From Fibrobacteria bacterium (GTDB lineage: Bacteria > Fibrobacterota > Chitinivibrionia > Chitinivibrionales > FEN-1185): a DNA stretch of 64,000 nt. The position numbers and the translations under genes were made by a program. The notes beneath the pieces are model-generated. The model searched no databases and had not been told where the DNA came from. It was given only the letters and a program-made list of their open reading frames with translations. Positions 19,511 through 29,608 of the stretch are shown piece by piece (the stretch's first letter is position 1; every line of letters starts with the position of its first letter). The DNA is taken from positions 32,001 through 96,000 of the forward strand of contig JBBIGR010000011.1 in NCBI GenBank assembly GCA_037447435.1, in the 5' to 3' direction.

Positions 19511-20853
19511 TGAGGTTTGTCTTTATTAAATATTTTGCCAAAGAAGCCGCTTTGCGGTTTTGTCTTCGGATTAACCGGCCTTTTTATTTTTTTTCTCTGA
19601 CGATCTGTGTTGACAGAGGTGAAATAGAGAGGCTGTTCCTCTTCGCCGGGCTGCAACGGCTCTTCGGAGTAATTCTGTTGCGGATATTGCGGAATTTGCT
19701 CCGCAGATTCCTCAGGCGGTTCATAGACGTTGTAACTCCCTTGTTGCGGAGGAGGATACGCTATTGGTTGTGTTTGTTGAGGGGAAGCCGGTTGTTGCAA
19801 CGGTTGGGGTTGCTGTGCCGATTGAAGGTTTCGTAATTTACGTTGTTTTTCTTCAATTTCTCTTTGATATTTTTCAATTTCCAAATCAAGTTCTGTTTTT
19901 TCGGCGGACGACGGTTTGAGTTCTTGACTGGAGTAACCAGATGTTTCAGGTTTTTGAAATGGTGATGATGCTTGAGCCGACATTGGTTCAAGGTTAATGG
20001 CGCCATAATCATAATAATCTGATGCCGGCGGTTGTTGCATAGGCGCTTTAGTAGGAGCCGGTTGAATCGGAGTAGGTTGCGGTACCGAAAAAATGTCTTG
20101 TTGCGGCATTGGTTGCGCAGCAAAAGGGCTCTGTTGGGCAATAGGTCGTTGCTGTTGTTGAACAAAAAACGGATCCTGAGCTGGAACAGGCTTGGGTTGT
20201 ATGCGTTGAGGAGCAGGCGAAGCTATTGGGGCGGCTTGAGGTGTCGGAGCCCCATAGGTTGGTCTGGCATATTTTTTATTCAAACTGTCGATAACAATTT
20301 TTCCAATTATTTTAAGCGATTCGAAAACGCCTTTGCCCTGGCTGGCAACGGCTTCATTCCATTGGTATCCTAATTTATTAACGGTTTTATCAATCGCTTC
20401 TACAGGGAGTGCATTCGGAAGATCTCTTTTATTGTATTGCAAAACAATCGGGACGCTTCCTGGTTGATAACCATATTCAGCAAGATTGTCATGAAGGTTT
20501 TGAAGGCTTTCAAGGTTTTCCTGCATTTTGTCTTGAGCAGAATCAACGACAAACACAACGCCATCAACGCCGCGCAAAACAAGTTTGCGGGTTGCATTAT
20601 AATAGACTTGCCCCGGAACCGTGTACAATTGAAACTTTGTCGAAAAACCTTTGATCTTGCCTAAGTCAAGCGGCAGAAAATCAAAAAACAAAGTTCTGTC
20701 GGTTTCAGTGGCCAACGAAACCATATCACTTCTATAATCAATGGGGATTTTCCGGTGAATAACCTGTAAATTTGTTGTTTTTCCGCTTAGCCCAGGACCA
20801 TAATAAACAATTTTTACACTAATTTCCCTTATTGCGTAATTAATGGAAGCCAT
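19507..20853 (-). CDS. mglA: MglA small GTPase with about 250-aa Pro/Gln-rich tail
   Basis: [44 protein letters not shown]. Confidence 0.92.
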   Translation of the reverse strand: MASINYAIREISVKIVYYGPGLSGKTTNLQVIHRKIPIDYRSDMVSLATETDRTLFFDFLPLDLGKIKGFSTKFQLYTVPGQVYYNATRKLVLRGVDGVVFVVDSAQDKMQENLESLQNLHDNLAEYGYQPGSVPIVLQYNKRDLPNALPVEAIDKTVNKLGYQWNEAVASQGKGVFESLKIIGKIVIDSLNKKYARPTYGAPTPQAAPIASPAPQRIQPKPVPAQDPFFVQQQQRPIAQQSPFAAQPMPQQDIFSVPQPTPIQPAPTKAPMQQPPASDYYDYGAINLEPMSAQASSPFQKPETSGYSSQELKPSSAEKTELDLEIEKYQREIEEKQRKLRNLQSAQQPQPLQQPASPQQTQPIAYPPPQQGSYNVYEPPEESAEQIPQYPQQNYSEEPLQPGEEEQPLYFTSVNTDRQRKKIKRPVNPKTKPQSGFFGKIFNKDKPQ

Positions 20854-21018
20854 TGATTAATCCCTCTGTTAAAGCAGATGGCAAAATGTAAAATCGCGGT
20901 GAATGGTTAAAACACCAAATTTTAATATATATAATTGAAATATAGTTCTGTATGAAGGAATACGCAAGCAAAGACACCCAACAATAATTATTAACTAAAA
21001 AAAATAAAATTAGCGCGT

Positions 21019-22071
21019 TTAATCCTTTTTACTTATATCGCATTGGGATAATAATCCTTCTTTAACGAGCGCTGTAACATCGGGAGCGTGGAAACCTTTC
21101 TCAAAATGAAACTGTATTAATGCAATTCGCCGTTTTTGGTCGAATCTGTCCTGGGAATATTTTTCTTTAATGGTCAAACATTGATCGACTCGATTTCTGA
21201 GAACCGTCTTTTGCAAAAAGAAAGAAGCCGCTGAAATGCCTGCAATTGCTGCAATGATCATAATAACGGTTGAAAGCGCATAAATTGAATTTTCCCATGA
21301 GGAGGTTTGTTCGCGAGCGGCAGGTTTTGCAAGTGGAGATTGCTTAACAGATGAAGGAGCGATTTCAGACTCCATCCATAGCCCGAAGATTATTTCATAC
21401 ATCCTGTAAGTAAAAAATACCGATTTTTCGCAAATCGAGCCGACGGAAGATGTCCCGTCTATCAATGAATGAACATAGCCGACGGGATCGTACAACGGTG
21501 ATCCAAGCGGAGATGTAGTCTTTTTTCTCGAACCGTTTGGAGAAATTGAAAAAACGGTTTCGTCGGAAATGTTACGATGCATTCTTTTCCACTCATCCGA
21601 TCTGCGCATAGCTTCCATGGTGATAGCATCGGCAGGAAACATGACGCCCGCAATAATGTATTCATCCATACTTTCTAATGAATCAAATCTGTATTGGCCG
21701 TCGTCCCATAAAAAAAGGCTGCACGCTAAGTCTTCAATGCTCATTTTTAAAAGCGAAATCAACTCCTCGCTTGTAAGGTAGTTTCTGCTCGTCAATTCCT
21801 GCGAAAACAATCGCATTTCACCTTGACATAAAATAAGAAGTTCGTTGAGTTCGGCTTCCGAATATCGTTTGGCGAGTATTAAATAGTTGAATAAGAATGT
21901 TTGTAAATTGCTGTCGGCGTTTCCTGCGGCAACAATTTTCCCCTGTGAAAAAATCACAAAACCTTCCTCTTGGCCGTACGAAAGTACCAGTTGTCCGGTT
22001 TTCCCGTCATGAGAAATCAATTGGAAAATATCCGCCAATTGAAATTCACGCAAGCTGCCCCTTAAAGCCAT
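21019..22071 (-). CDS. DUF4388 domain protein with C-terminal TM
   Basis: MALRGSLREFQLADIFQLI...KTG.L, LFLWDDGQYRF, MEAMRR.DEW. Confidence 0.85.
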   Translation of the reverse strand: MALRGSLREFQLADIFQLISHDGKTGQLVLSYGQEEGFVIFSQGKIVAAGNADSNLQTFLFNYLILAKRYSEAELNELLILCQGEMRLFSQELTSRNYLTSEELISLLKMSIEDLACSLFLWDDGQYRFDSLESMDEYIIAGVMFPADAITMEAMRRSDEWKRMHRNISDETVFSISPNGSRKKTTSPLGSPLYDPVGYVHSLIDGTSSVGSICEKSVFFTYRMYEIIFGLWMESEIAPSSVKQSPLAKPAAREQTSSWENSIYALSTVIMIIAAIAGISAASFFLQKTVLRNRVDQCLTIKEKYSQDRFDQKRRIALIQFHFEKGFHAPDVTALVKEGLLSQCDISKKD

Positions 22072-22072
22072 A

Positions 22073-24178
22073 TTATTCTCCCCGAATTTTCATTTCTTTA
22101 ACAAGCAAAGATGCTGCGCGCCCGATAAAAAACGCGTTATACAAAACGCACAAGACAAAAAACGGCAAAATAACTCCATGTAAAAGCCACGATGGAAAAA
22201 CAATGGCTGGGAAGAGAATGAATGAGTAAATTCCATAAACGATGCTTGTTAAAAGTAGGATGGGAATCGACAGCCACATCGTCGAATTTCTTTGGACCAT
22301 TCCTGCACCGGGAAAAACAACATCGAGGATCAGGGCCCGCAGAGAAGAAAGACGTACGCTTTTAAATTGGATCTTCGACATTATTCTTTGCCGGATGCTT
22401 TCGTTGCGGATATGTTGGGTCGAGTTAAAGCAATCCTGGCAAATTCCTCCTCGTTTGCATTTACGGCAAATAGGTGTCTGGCACAGCTTGCAAGAATAAA
22501 TTTTCTTGACAACATCGCGGGACCAAACGGTCATATCCGATACTATCAGGATGCAAAAAAGAATAAGTGAAAGTATTGCATAAATAAAGAAGGAAAAACC
22601 AAAAAAAGTGACGCCGAACCTTTTGTCAACGCCTTGCGAATGGTTTGCGGAATACGTGAAAATATGTTTCCAAAAGTAGCCCGGAGTATAATCGGGTGAT
22701 ATTAACTGCCTGGCGATGGGCCAATCTTTGGAAAAAAAATCATCGCTTATTTTAATATGGGAATTTATCAGGAGTGGATTTATCCTTGCTGCTTTGGAAA
22801 TATACTCCATACCTTTTGCTGTTTCCATTGCATTAAAAAAATATTGGCCGCAATTAAAATAGGCTGGCGCAAAATTAAAATTTGATTCGATGCATTCGAG
22901 ATAGGTGTTTTTCGCTTCATTCAGCTGGCCGGATTGGTACAAAACATTTCCGAGAACGGTGAGTACGACCGGGTCTGTTGGAGCCAATTGCTGCGCTTGT
23001 CTTATGTGAGATAACGCATTTTGGGTATCTTGCTTCCTTAAATATGAAACTGCCATGCCCGTATGAATCAAAAAATTCGACGAATTTGTTTGTGTTGACT
23101 TTTGTAAATATTCCTCAAATTCAGGATAATATCCTTCGTCGAGCGATTTTTTTAATAACATCGGTGCGCTTGCAGGGTCATTGCACATGTAAAACATATC
23201 GTCGACCTTTAAATTTAAAGGATATAGCATGAAAATTCCCAAGACTATACCTCCAAGGACCTTGTCGCGACCGTGCAAATGGCGCCAAAGGAGGAAAAAA
23301 GTGATCCAAATCCATGCGGTAAATCCAATAAATATCAAAGCGAAGAACAGTGCGCTCGATAATAAAACCCTGGTTTTAATGCTATATTTTTTGGGAAGCA
23401 ACTCCGAAACCGAATGCAATGATTGGGGGAGGTATTTTGCCAGCAAAGTACCAATAATTCCTACGACAAAAAATTCGAATACAATGGTAAGCCAGGTGTG
23501 TAATTGGTAAACAAGTTCCAATTGAATTTCCCATGAATTCAATACCTTTTCGTACAGATCCTTAATTTTTAAAAAAGCATTTTGGGGGTTTGGGTAGAGG
23601 TTCGATTTAATATCTAATATCAATGGCCATATGCAATTCCTGTCGAATATGCCTGCCCAAGATCTCTGGGAACCGTTTAATGAGCTTGTCGAGGAATAAA
23701 CATCGTTATACAAAAGGATTTGGCTAACTAATGGCGCCGATTGGATACCGCGCATCAAGGACAATAGCCTCAATTTTGTAAGACATTTTTCCTGCCACAA
23801 AGGTAAACCGCAGCGTTCAAATTCCAAAGATAATGCAAAAATCGATCCGGGATCCGATTTGGTTGCGGAAATGGCTTTCGAAAACCAAATAGAAGAAACA
23901 GATGCGGTATCATTGCTGTTTGCTAATCCGATGCAAAAACAATACCATACCGACATTGTGTCAAAAGTTAATGTATTTACGTTGATGGAAAACCCTGAAG
24001 CCGGATACAGGGATAATCGTGTTGAGTCTAAGCCGGTCAATTTAAATACGCTATCCCGGGTGGTAAGAGCGGAAATGAATTCGGATTCCCAAAGAATAGG
24101 CAATTCACGGGCTGTCGATCGAATGACCGACAACGAAATAATTATGAGAAGCGCACAGGAAATAAAACGATTTTTCAT
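22073..24178 (-). CDS. Multi-TM TPR protein with Cys cluster
   Basis: Signal peptide, TM helices, TPR-like repeats (LGNVLY, AYFNCG), CKLCQTPICRKCKRGGICQDC. Confidence 0.7.
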   Translation of the reverse strand: MKNRFISCALLIIISLSVIRSTARELPILWESEFISALTTRDSVFKLTGLDSTRLSLYPASGFSINVNTLTFDTMSVWYCFCIGLANSNDTASVSSIWFSKAISATKSDPGSIFALSLEFERCGLPLWQEKCLTKLRLLSLMRGIQSAPLVSQILLYNDVYSSTSSLNGSQRSWAGIFDRNCIWPLILDIKSNLYPNPQNAFLKIKDLYEKVLNSWEIQLELVYQLHTWLTIVFEFFVVGIIGTLLAKYLPQSLHSVSELLPKKYSIKTRVLLSSALFFALIFIGFTAWIWITFFLLWRHLHGRDKVLGGIVLGIFMLYPLNLKVDDMFYMCNDPASAPMLLKKSLDEGYYPEFEEYLQKSTQTNSSNFLIHTGMAVSYLRKQDTQNALSHIRQAQQLAPTDPVVLTVLGNVLYQSGQLNEAKNTYLECIESNFNFAPAYFNCGQYFFNAMETAKGMEYISKAARINPLLINSHIKISDDFFSKDWPIARQLISPDYTPGYFWKHIFTYSANHSQGVDKRFGVTFFGFSFFIYAILSLILFCILIVSDMTVWSRDVVKKIYSCKLCQTPICRKCKRGGICQDCFNSTQHIRNESIRQRIMSKIQFKSVRLSSLRALILDVVFPGAGMVQRNSTMWLSIPILLLTSIVYGIYSFILFPAIVFPSWLLHGVILPFFVLCVLYNAFFIGRAASLLVKEMKIRGE

Positions 24179-24447
24179 AAGGCTAAAAATGTATGTATTA
24201 AAATTTAAATATTCGGTTTCTTCACTTACAATTACGCTTTTTCCTTCAATGGTATTAAAGGAAAAGCGGTAATGATTTTGTTTAATTGTACAAACAAAAC
24301 ATAAAAAAAGGCAAAGTAAATTTAAAAAATATGAGGAGGATAATGAAAGCTAACCCGAAATGAATCGACGGAAATAATAATAGAAAAAAAACAAAAAAAA
24401 GTATGACGGATATTGAATGATTCGATAGTTTTTATCGGTATCGGAAA

Positions 24448-25692
24448 TTATTCCTCGCCTCGAATGAGATCCTCATACGTTTCGCGTTTTCTTATGACCG
24501 AATAAGTCTTGCCGTCAACTAAAACTTCGCATGGCTTAACGCGTGAGTTGTAATTGGATGACATCGTAAAACCATATGCCCCGGCGCTTTTCACCGCAAT
24601 GACCGATTTTTGAGGTAATAGCTCCATAGACCGGTCTTTTGCAAGAAAATCCGATGATTCGCAAATGGGGCCAACGACGTCGACGATAACGGTTTCAGAG
24701 TTTTCGGGTTTTACGACAGGAACTATTCCGTGATAAGAACCGTAAAGTGGCGGTCGAATAAGATCGTTCATCCCTGCATCGCAAATATAGAATAATTTTG
24801 TGTCGGTTTTCTTGATATAGGTAATGGATGTCAACAATACTGCTGAATTTCCGACGACAAATCGCCCCGGTTCTATGATGAGATTACATTTTAAAGAGTC
24901 CATAAACGGAGACATTATTCCCGCGAATTGAATCGGCGTAAACGGTGTCTCCGTATTGTAAACGATGCCGAGGCCTCCGCCGATATCGACGGTGTGAATT
25001 TTAATGCCGATAGAATTTAGCGCCGTAAAAAGGTCCGACAACATTCCTAATGCCTGACGATACGGGTCTAGCGTCAAAATTGGAGACCCTAAGTGCACAT
25101 CGATACCTATCGGGTTGATATTTGGCAAACCGTACGCTTTTTTATAAAAATCAACTGCGGCGGAAATGGGGACTCCGAATTTGTTTTCTTTTTTCGCTGT
25201 TGTGGTATACTGGTGAGTTTTACCGTCGATATCCGGATTAACCCGTAACGAAATAGGGGCGATCACATCCATCGATCTTGCGATTTCAGAAAGAGCAAAT
25301 AATTCCGACTCGGATTCAATATTGAACATTCCGATACCGCTTTTAAGAGCATAGCGAAGCTCAGTCTCTGTTTTTCCAACTCCGGAATAGACGATTTTTT
25401 TGGGATGTATTCCTGCTTTTAATGCTCGAAACAGTTCTCCGCCGGAAACGATATCGGCGCCGATATTTTTCGCAGCCATGAGTCGAAGTATAGATAAATT
25501 AGAATTTGACTTTACTGAAAAACAAATCTGTACATTTCGGGAACCGAAAGCTCCGGAAAGTAAATCTAAGTTATTGATTATGCTGGATTTTGAATAAACG
25601 TATGCCGGAGTGCCGACTTCGCGTGCAATTGAAGCGAGGGAGACGTTTTCACAGAACAATTCGTCTCCCACGTATTGAAAATTTACCATCAA
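24448..25692 (-). CDS. lysA: Diaminopimelate decarboxylase
   Basis: SVKSNSN, DIVSGGEL, KFGV, EPGRF, GPICESSD, AYGFTMSSNYN. Confidence 0.95.
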   Translation of the reverse strand: MMVNFQYVGDELFCENVSLASIAREVGTPAYVYSKSSIINNLDLLSGAFGSRNVQICFSVKSNSNLSILRLMAAKNIGADIVSGGELFRALKAGIHPKKIVYSGVGKTETELRYALKSGIGMFNIESESELFALSEIARSMDVIAPISLRVNPDIDGKTHQYTTTAKKENKFGVPISAAVDFYKKAYGLPNINPIGIDVHLGSPILTLDPYRQALGMLSDLFTALNSIGIKIHTVDIGGGLGIVYNTETPFTPIQFAGIMSPFMDSLKCNLIIEPGRFVVGNSAVLLTSITYIKKTDTKLFYICDAGMNDLIRPPLYGSYHGIVPVVKPENSETVIVDVVGPICESSDFLAKDRSMELLPQKSVIAVKSAGAYGFTMSSNYNSRVKPCEVLVDGKTYSVIRKRETYEDLIRGEE

Positions 25693-25739
25693 TACCCTTT
25701 AAATCAAAATGGGGTTAAGGCTTGTTTAGAAAAAAAACA

Positions 25740-25997
25740 TTAGCCCTGAAGTTTATTTACATGAGCATAAAGACGAGATTTTTTATTCGATGCGTTGTTT
25801 TTATGGATAAGACCGCTACCAGCGCATTTGTCGATAAAAGAAACTGCTTGAGAAAGATGCGCTGATGCATTTTTTTTATCTTTAGCATCTAAAACGTGGC
25901 GGATTACAGTTCTCAATGTGGACTGATCGCTTCTGTTTTTAAGATTGGCTTTTTTGCTTTTACGAACATGTTTTTCACATGCTTTATGTTGCGGCAT
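25740..25997 (-). CDS. rpsT: 30S ribosomal protein S20
   Basis: AGGAG RBS; IDK..G.G.IHKNNASNKKSRL. Confidence 0.92.
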   Translation of the reverse strand: MPQHKACEKHVRKSKKANLKNRSDQSTLRTVIRHVLDAKDKKNASAHLSQAVSFIDKCAGSGLIHKNNASNKKSRLYAHVNKLQG

Positions 25998-26337
25998 TGA
26001 CTGCACTCCTTAATTCATTCAGGTAAGACGGTAAATTATGAATAACGTAATACGCTAAAATATATTTAATCTTAAAGATAAGTCAAATATTGGGAACTTA
26101 AAAATTTCAAATATTTTTTACTCCGATAATCCGGAGCTTCGCAAGCGGATCGTTTTTGATGAGATTATATCTAAGCGAAGAGTCCCCTGTAAGTAACGGC
26201 CATGGTACCGAGTGGATAAAATTAATATAGATTCCAATCTTCAATAGCATATCGATTAAAAAATTAAGGTATTTTAAATTCCGCAATGATACATTCAAAA
26301 AAATGAATCGCTTAAAAGTGAAATTTCCGATACCAAA

Positions 26338-27417
26338 ATGAAAAACGGACCCGAAAAAGAATTTCCTTATACGGAGTTGTGCGGCGCGCTACATCTTCAT
26401 ACGACCTTTTCGGATGGAGGCGTGACGTTTCCGGAATTAATTGAAACCGCAAATGAAGTCGGATTACGTTACATTGTTGTTACCGACCATATGTCTCTTG
26501 CGGGAAAAGAAAAAGGATACGAGGGATTTCATGGGAATCTTTTCGTTTGTGTCGGCTATGAACACAACGATAAAAATAATAAAAACCATTATTTGGCTTT
26601 GGGAACCCAATCGGTAATTGCGCAGCAAAATTCCGTTCAGGACTATATAAACGAAATAAAAATTGACGGAGGAATTGGTTTTTGCGCTCACCCGGTTGAA
26701 AAAAGAAATTATTTGGAATCATACCCTCCTTATCCATGGACGCAATGGAATGCGACGGGGTATGATGGCTTTGAGCTCTGGAACCAAATGTCGGATTGGC
26801 TTGAAAATTTAAAAAGTAAATTCCATTTTTTTAAGCTATTGTATCCTCGCAGATTCCTTGTTGAAATCAGAAAAGAAATGCTTGCTATATGGGATGAATC
26901 GAACCGAACACGATTCGTGAGCGGGATCGGAGGGGTTGATGCGCACACGATGAAAATAAAAATCGGAATTTTCCCCCGTACCGTTTTCCCGATAAAAGTC
27001 GAATTAAAAGGGATACGAACCCATATATATTTGAAAGAACCGTTGCCCAAAAATGATCCCGGCTTGGCAAAAAAAAGAATTTTGGATTCATTAAAAAACG
27101 GACATGGATTCATCAGTAATTTTAGACGTCGGGACGCCGCAGGAACTTGCATATGTATGGAAACCGCAAACGGCTCGATTCTTTGCCCCGGTAATCACGA
27201 TGTGTCAATTGACTTGCCAGTAAAACTTCAAGTGAGTTTGCCAACCAGCGCCGATGTAAGGCTCGTAAAAAACGGCAAAGTGATCCAAACGATAAATGGG
27301 AAAAAGTTATCTTTCGACATTAAGGAAAAAGGTCTGTATAGGGTGGAAGCCTGGCTTCAAAACCATGCGTGGATATATTCAAATCCGTTTTGCGTTGGCG
27401 AATATCCTTTATGGTGA
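26338..27417 (+). CDS. PHP-domain metallohydrolase (CehA/McbA-like)
   Basis: HLHTTFSDG, VTDH, AHP, GGVDAH, C-terminal WIYSNP. Confidence 0.85.
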   Translation: MKNGPEKEFPYTELCGALHLHTTFSDGGVTFPELIETANEVGLRYIVVTDHMSLAGKEKGYEGFHGNLFVCVGYEHNDKNNKNHYLALGTQSVIAQQNSVQDYINEIKIDGGIGFCAHPVEKRNYLESYPPYPWTQWNATGYDGFELWNQMSDWLENLKSKFHFFKLLYPRRFLVEIRKEMLAIWDESNRTRFVSGIGGVDAHTMKIKIGIFPRTVFPIKVELKGIRTHIYLKEPLPKNDPGLAKKRILDSLKNGHGFISNFRRRDAAGTCICMETANGSILCPGNHDVSIDLPVKLQVSLPTSADVRLVKNGKVIQTINGKKLSFDIKEKGLYRVEAWLQNHAWIYSNPFCVGEYPLW

Positions 27418-28379
27418 AAATAAACCGGTTTTCAATTTTATTTGATGCGATTTTTCTATGTAGACCCGTTTTATTAGTCCCGGTGTGGGTTTTTTGTCTG
27501 TTTGGATATTTTTCAGGGATAAATTCCCCGAAAGAATTTTCTATTTCGGCAATATGGCACATGTCAATTCGCGAGTGTTTTTGGATCTTTATATTTTCTT
27601 TATCCGTAGGCTCCGTTTATGTGTTAAACCAAATTAATGACAGAAAAGTAGATGCGCTCAATGGAGGCTTCGCGTTGCTTATTAAAGGAAAAATTCCCTT
27701 ATGGGTAGCATGGGCGACCACCTTTCTTCTTGCAGGAATTTCAATCGTTCTTCCCATGCTGTGGTGTCCGAGACTGGTTCTTTGGTCCTTATATTCCCTA
27801 ATTCTTGGCATTATTTATTGTATAAAGCCAATGTATTTTACCGGTAGGCCGATTTTGGATTTCACAACAAATGCTTTAGGCTACGGTGTAGTTTCGTTTG
27901 GCGTAGGCTGGTTGTTAGCTGGTCAAACTTTCGATATGAATTTTATTAAAGCGTGTTGCCCCTATTTTTTTATGATGTGTGCCGGCTCCATAAGTTCTAC
28001 TTTGCCGGATTGTAACGGAGATAAGCTGGCAGGCAAAAATACAACCGCCGCAAAAATTGGCCTTATGCCGGCGCATTTGTTGTCTATGGGGTTTCTTCTA
28101 ATTGCATCAATTGAAGCTTATTTATTTCACGATTGGATTGCCCAGGCTTGTATTCTGGGGAGTTTTCCATTTTATACATTTTTAGTTTTTCGTAAAAAAT
28201 CCCAAATAGCCATTGAGGCAACTTATAAAGGCGGATATATCGTTTGTATGCTGGTCTCATGCATAATTTTCCCTGCGATTGCTTTGGCAACCGGATTGGT
28301 TTTTGTATTAACCGTGTTGTATTTCAGGATCCGATATAATGTGTTATACCCTTCACTCGTTCCAATTAAACATGAATAA
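27411..28379 (+). CDS. UbiA-family integral membrane prenyltransferase
   Basis: Asp-rich motifs NQINDRKVDALN and PDCNGDKLAGKNT; many TMs; overlaps upstream stop. Confidence 0.85.
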   Translation: MVKINRFSILFDAIFLCRPVLLVPVWVFCLFGYFSGINSPKEFSISAIWHMSIRECFWIFIFSLSVGSVYVLNQINDRKVDALNGGFALLIKGKIPLWVAWATTFLLAGISIVLPMLWCPRLVLWSLYSLILGIIYCIKPMYFTGRPILDFTTNALGYGVVSFGVGWLLAGQTFDMNFIKACCPYFFMMCAGSISSTLPDCNGDKLAGKNTTAAKIGLMPAHLLSMGFLLIASIEAYLFHDWIAQACILGSFPFYTFLVFRKKSQIAIEATYKGGYIVCMLVSCIIFPAIALATGLVFVLTVLYFRIRYNVLYPSLVPIKHE

Positions 28380-29391
28380 ATTGCATTTATTTTCCCTGGC
28401 AATACTTTGCATGTTTGTTGGGCACGCTCTGTGTTTTGTACTTCAAAACACTCAAAAAGAGTACGTCGATTCTATTATGACAAATATAATGAATTGCAGA
28501 TTCGATTCGGCCGATAGCCAATGCGACCGATTAATTAGCAACGATACACAGGATCCTTTAGGATTAGTGATGCGAATGTCCTCATTTGCATTTTGGGATC
28601 TTGATTGTGATCATCCTGCCGATACAACACAATTTTTAGATTTGTATAAAAAAACCTCTTCTAAAATTATTGCATATGAATCCCGATATGGTGCGTCTTC
28701 CTATTCTAAAACGTTAAAAGGATTTTCAAAAGCCGTTCTTGCCTGCTATGATCTTTGGCATAAAAGCTATTTGTCGGGCCTTAATATCGGTTTTGGAGCT
28801 CTTGATGATTTAAAGGAAGCAAAAAGAATTGATGTGGAAAATACAGATGCCGACTTCTTTATCGGACTTTACAATTACACTCGTGCAGATATGAAAAAAA
28901 TGTTTTGGTGGGCTCTTTTCTGGTATTCCGGAGACAAAGAATCCGGAATTAAAAGTATACTGATGTGCAAAAAAAACGGGCAAATTATTAAACCGGTCGC
29001 TGCCTTGGTTCTTGCCGAGCTATGGATACGGGAAAAAAAATATTCTGAGGCGAAACACCTGATCAAAGAATTGGAAACAGCCTTTCCTAAAAGCAGGTTC
29101 GTAAAATGGACACATGCGAAGTATTTCGAGTCTCAAAACGATTTATCGTCAGCGGCGTCTTTATACGGCGAACTTGCGGATGAATATTCTAATTTGCCAA
29201 AAGCAATTAAAAATGAGCTTGCAGCCCGATTAAAAGAATCGGCACTGTTTTTTGAAGCAAATAATTTTGCTGGTTCGAAAGCTGCTGCAAGTAAAATTAT
29301 TTCTTATAAAAACAACGTTTCTGATCCGCTTATTAAACAAGCTGTTAGAGATGCAGAAAAAATAATAAGAAAAATTAATGCCAAATCCTAA
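28372..29391 (+). CDS. Secreted helical/TPR-like protein
   Basis: Signal peptide; DADFFIGLYNY; GDKESGI; all-helical. Confidence 0.6.
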   Translation: MNKLHLFSLAILCMFVGHALCFVLQNTQKEYVDSIMTNIMNCRFDSADSQCDRLISNDTQDPLGLVMRMSSFAFWDLDCDHPADTTQFLDLYKKTSSKIIAYESRYGASSYSKTLKGFSKAVLACYDLWHKSYLSGLNIGFGALDDLKEAKRIDVENTDADFFIGLYNYTRADMKKMFWWALFWYSGDKESGIKSILMCKKNGQIIKPVAALVLAELWIREKKYSEAKHLIKELETAFPKSRFVKWTHAKYFESQNDLSSAASLYGELADEYSNLPKAIKNELAARLKESALFFEANNFAGSKAAASKIISYKNNVSDPLIKQAVRDAEKIIRKINAKS

Positions 29392-29407
29392 AAAAAGGTG
29401 TTTTTTT

Positions 29408-29575
29408 ATGGTAAGCGTTTCTCAAAACAAGTGCGATGAGTGCGGTACGTGTATTGGCGTTTGCCCAAGTGATGCGCTTCTGTTGGATGATCGGTTACGT
29501 GTCAATGAACATCGATGTACCGGTTGCGGTGTTTGTGTGGAAATTTGCCCGTTTGGCGCCTTACAGCTTCAATAA
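29408..29575 (+). CDS. 2[4Fe-4S] ferredoxin
   Basis: CDECGTCIGVCP and CTGCGVCVEICP; alternative start 29378. Confidence 0.92.
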   Translation: MVSVSQNKCDECGTCIGVCPSDALLLDDRLRVNEHRCTGCGVCVEICPFGALQLQ

Positions 29576-29608
29576 AACGATTTATTCTAAGACGAAAGAA
29601 CTTGTTTT

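Noticed and set aside
19510..20250. CAA/CAG-rich repetitive DNA as a possible repeat array
   Set aside because: Explained by the Pro/Gln-rich MglA tail; no fixed-period repeat-spacer pattern
26107..26298. GC-richer stretch with small hairpins and a 63-aa ORF upstream of rpsT
   Set aside because: No family motif, convincing RBS or recognisable RNA structure
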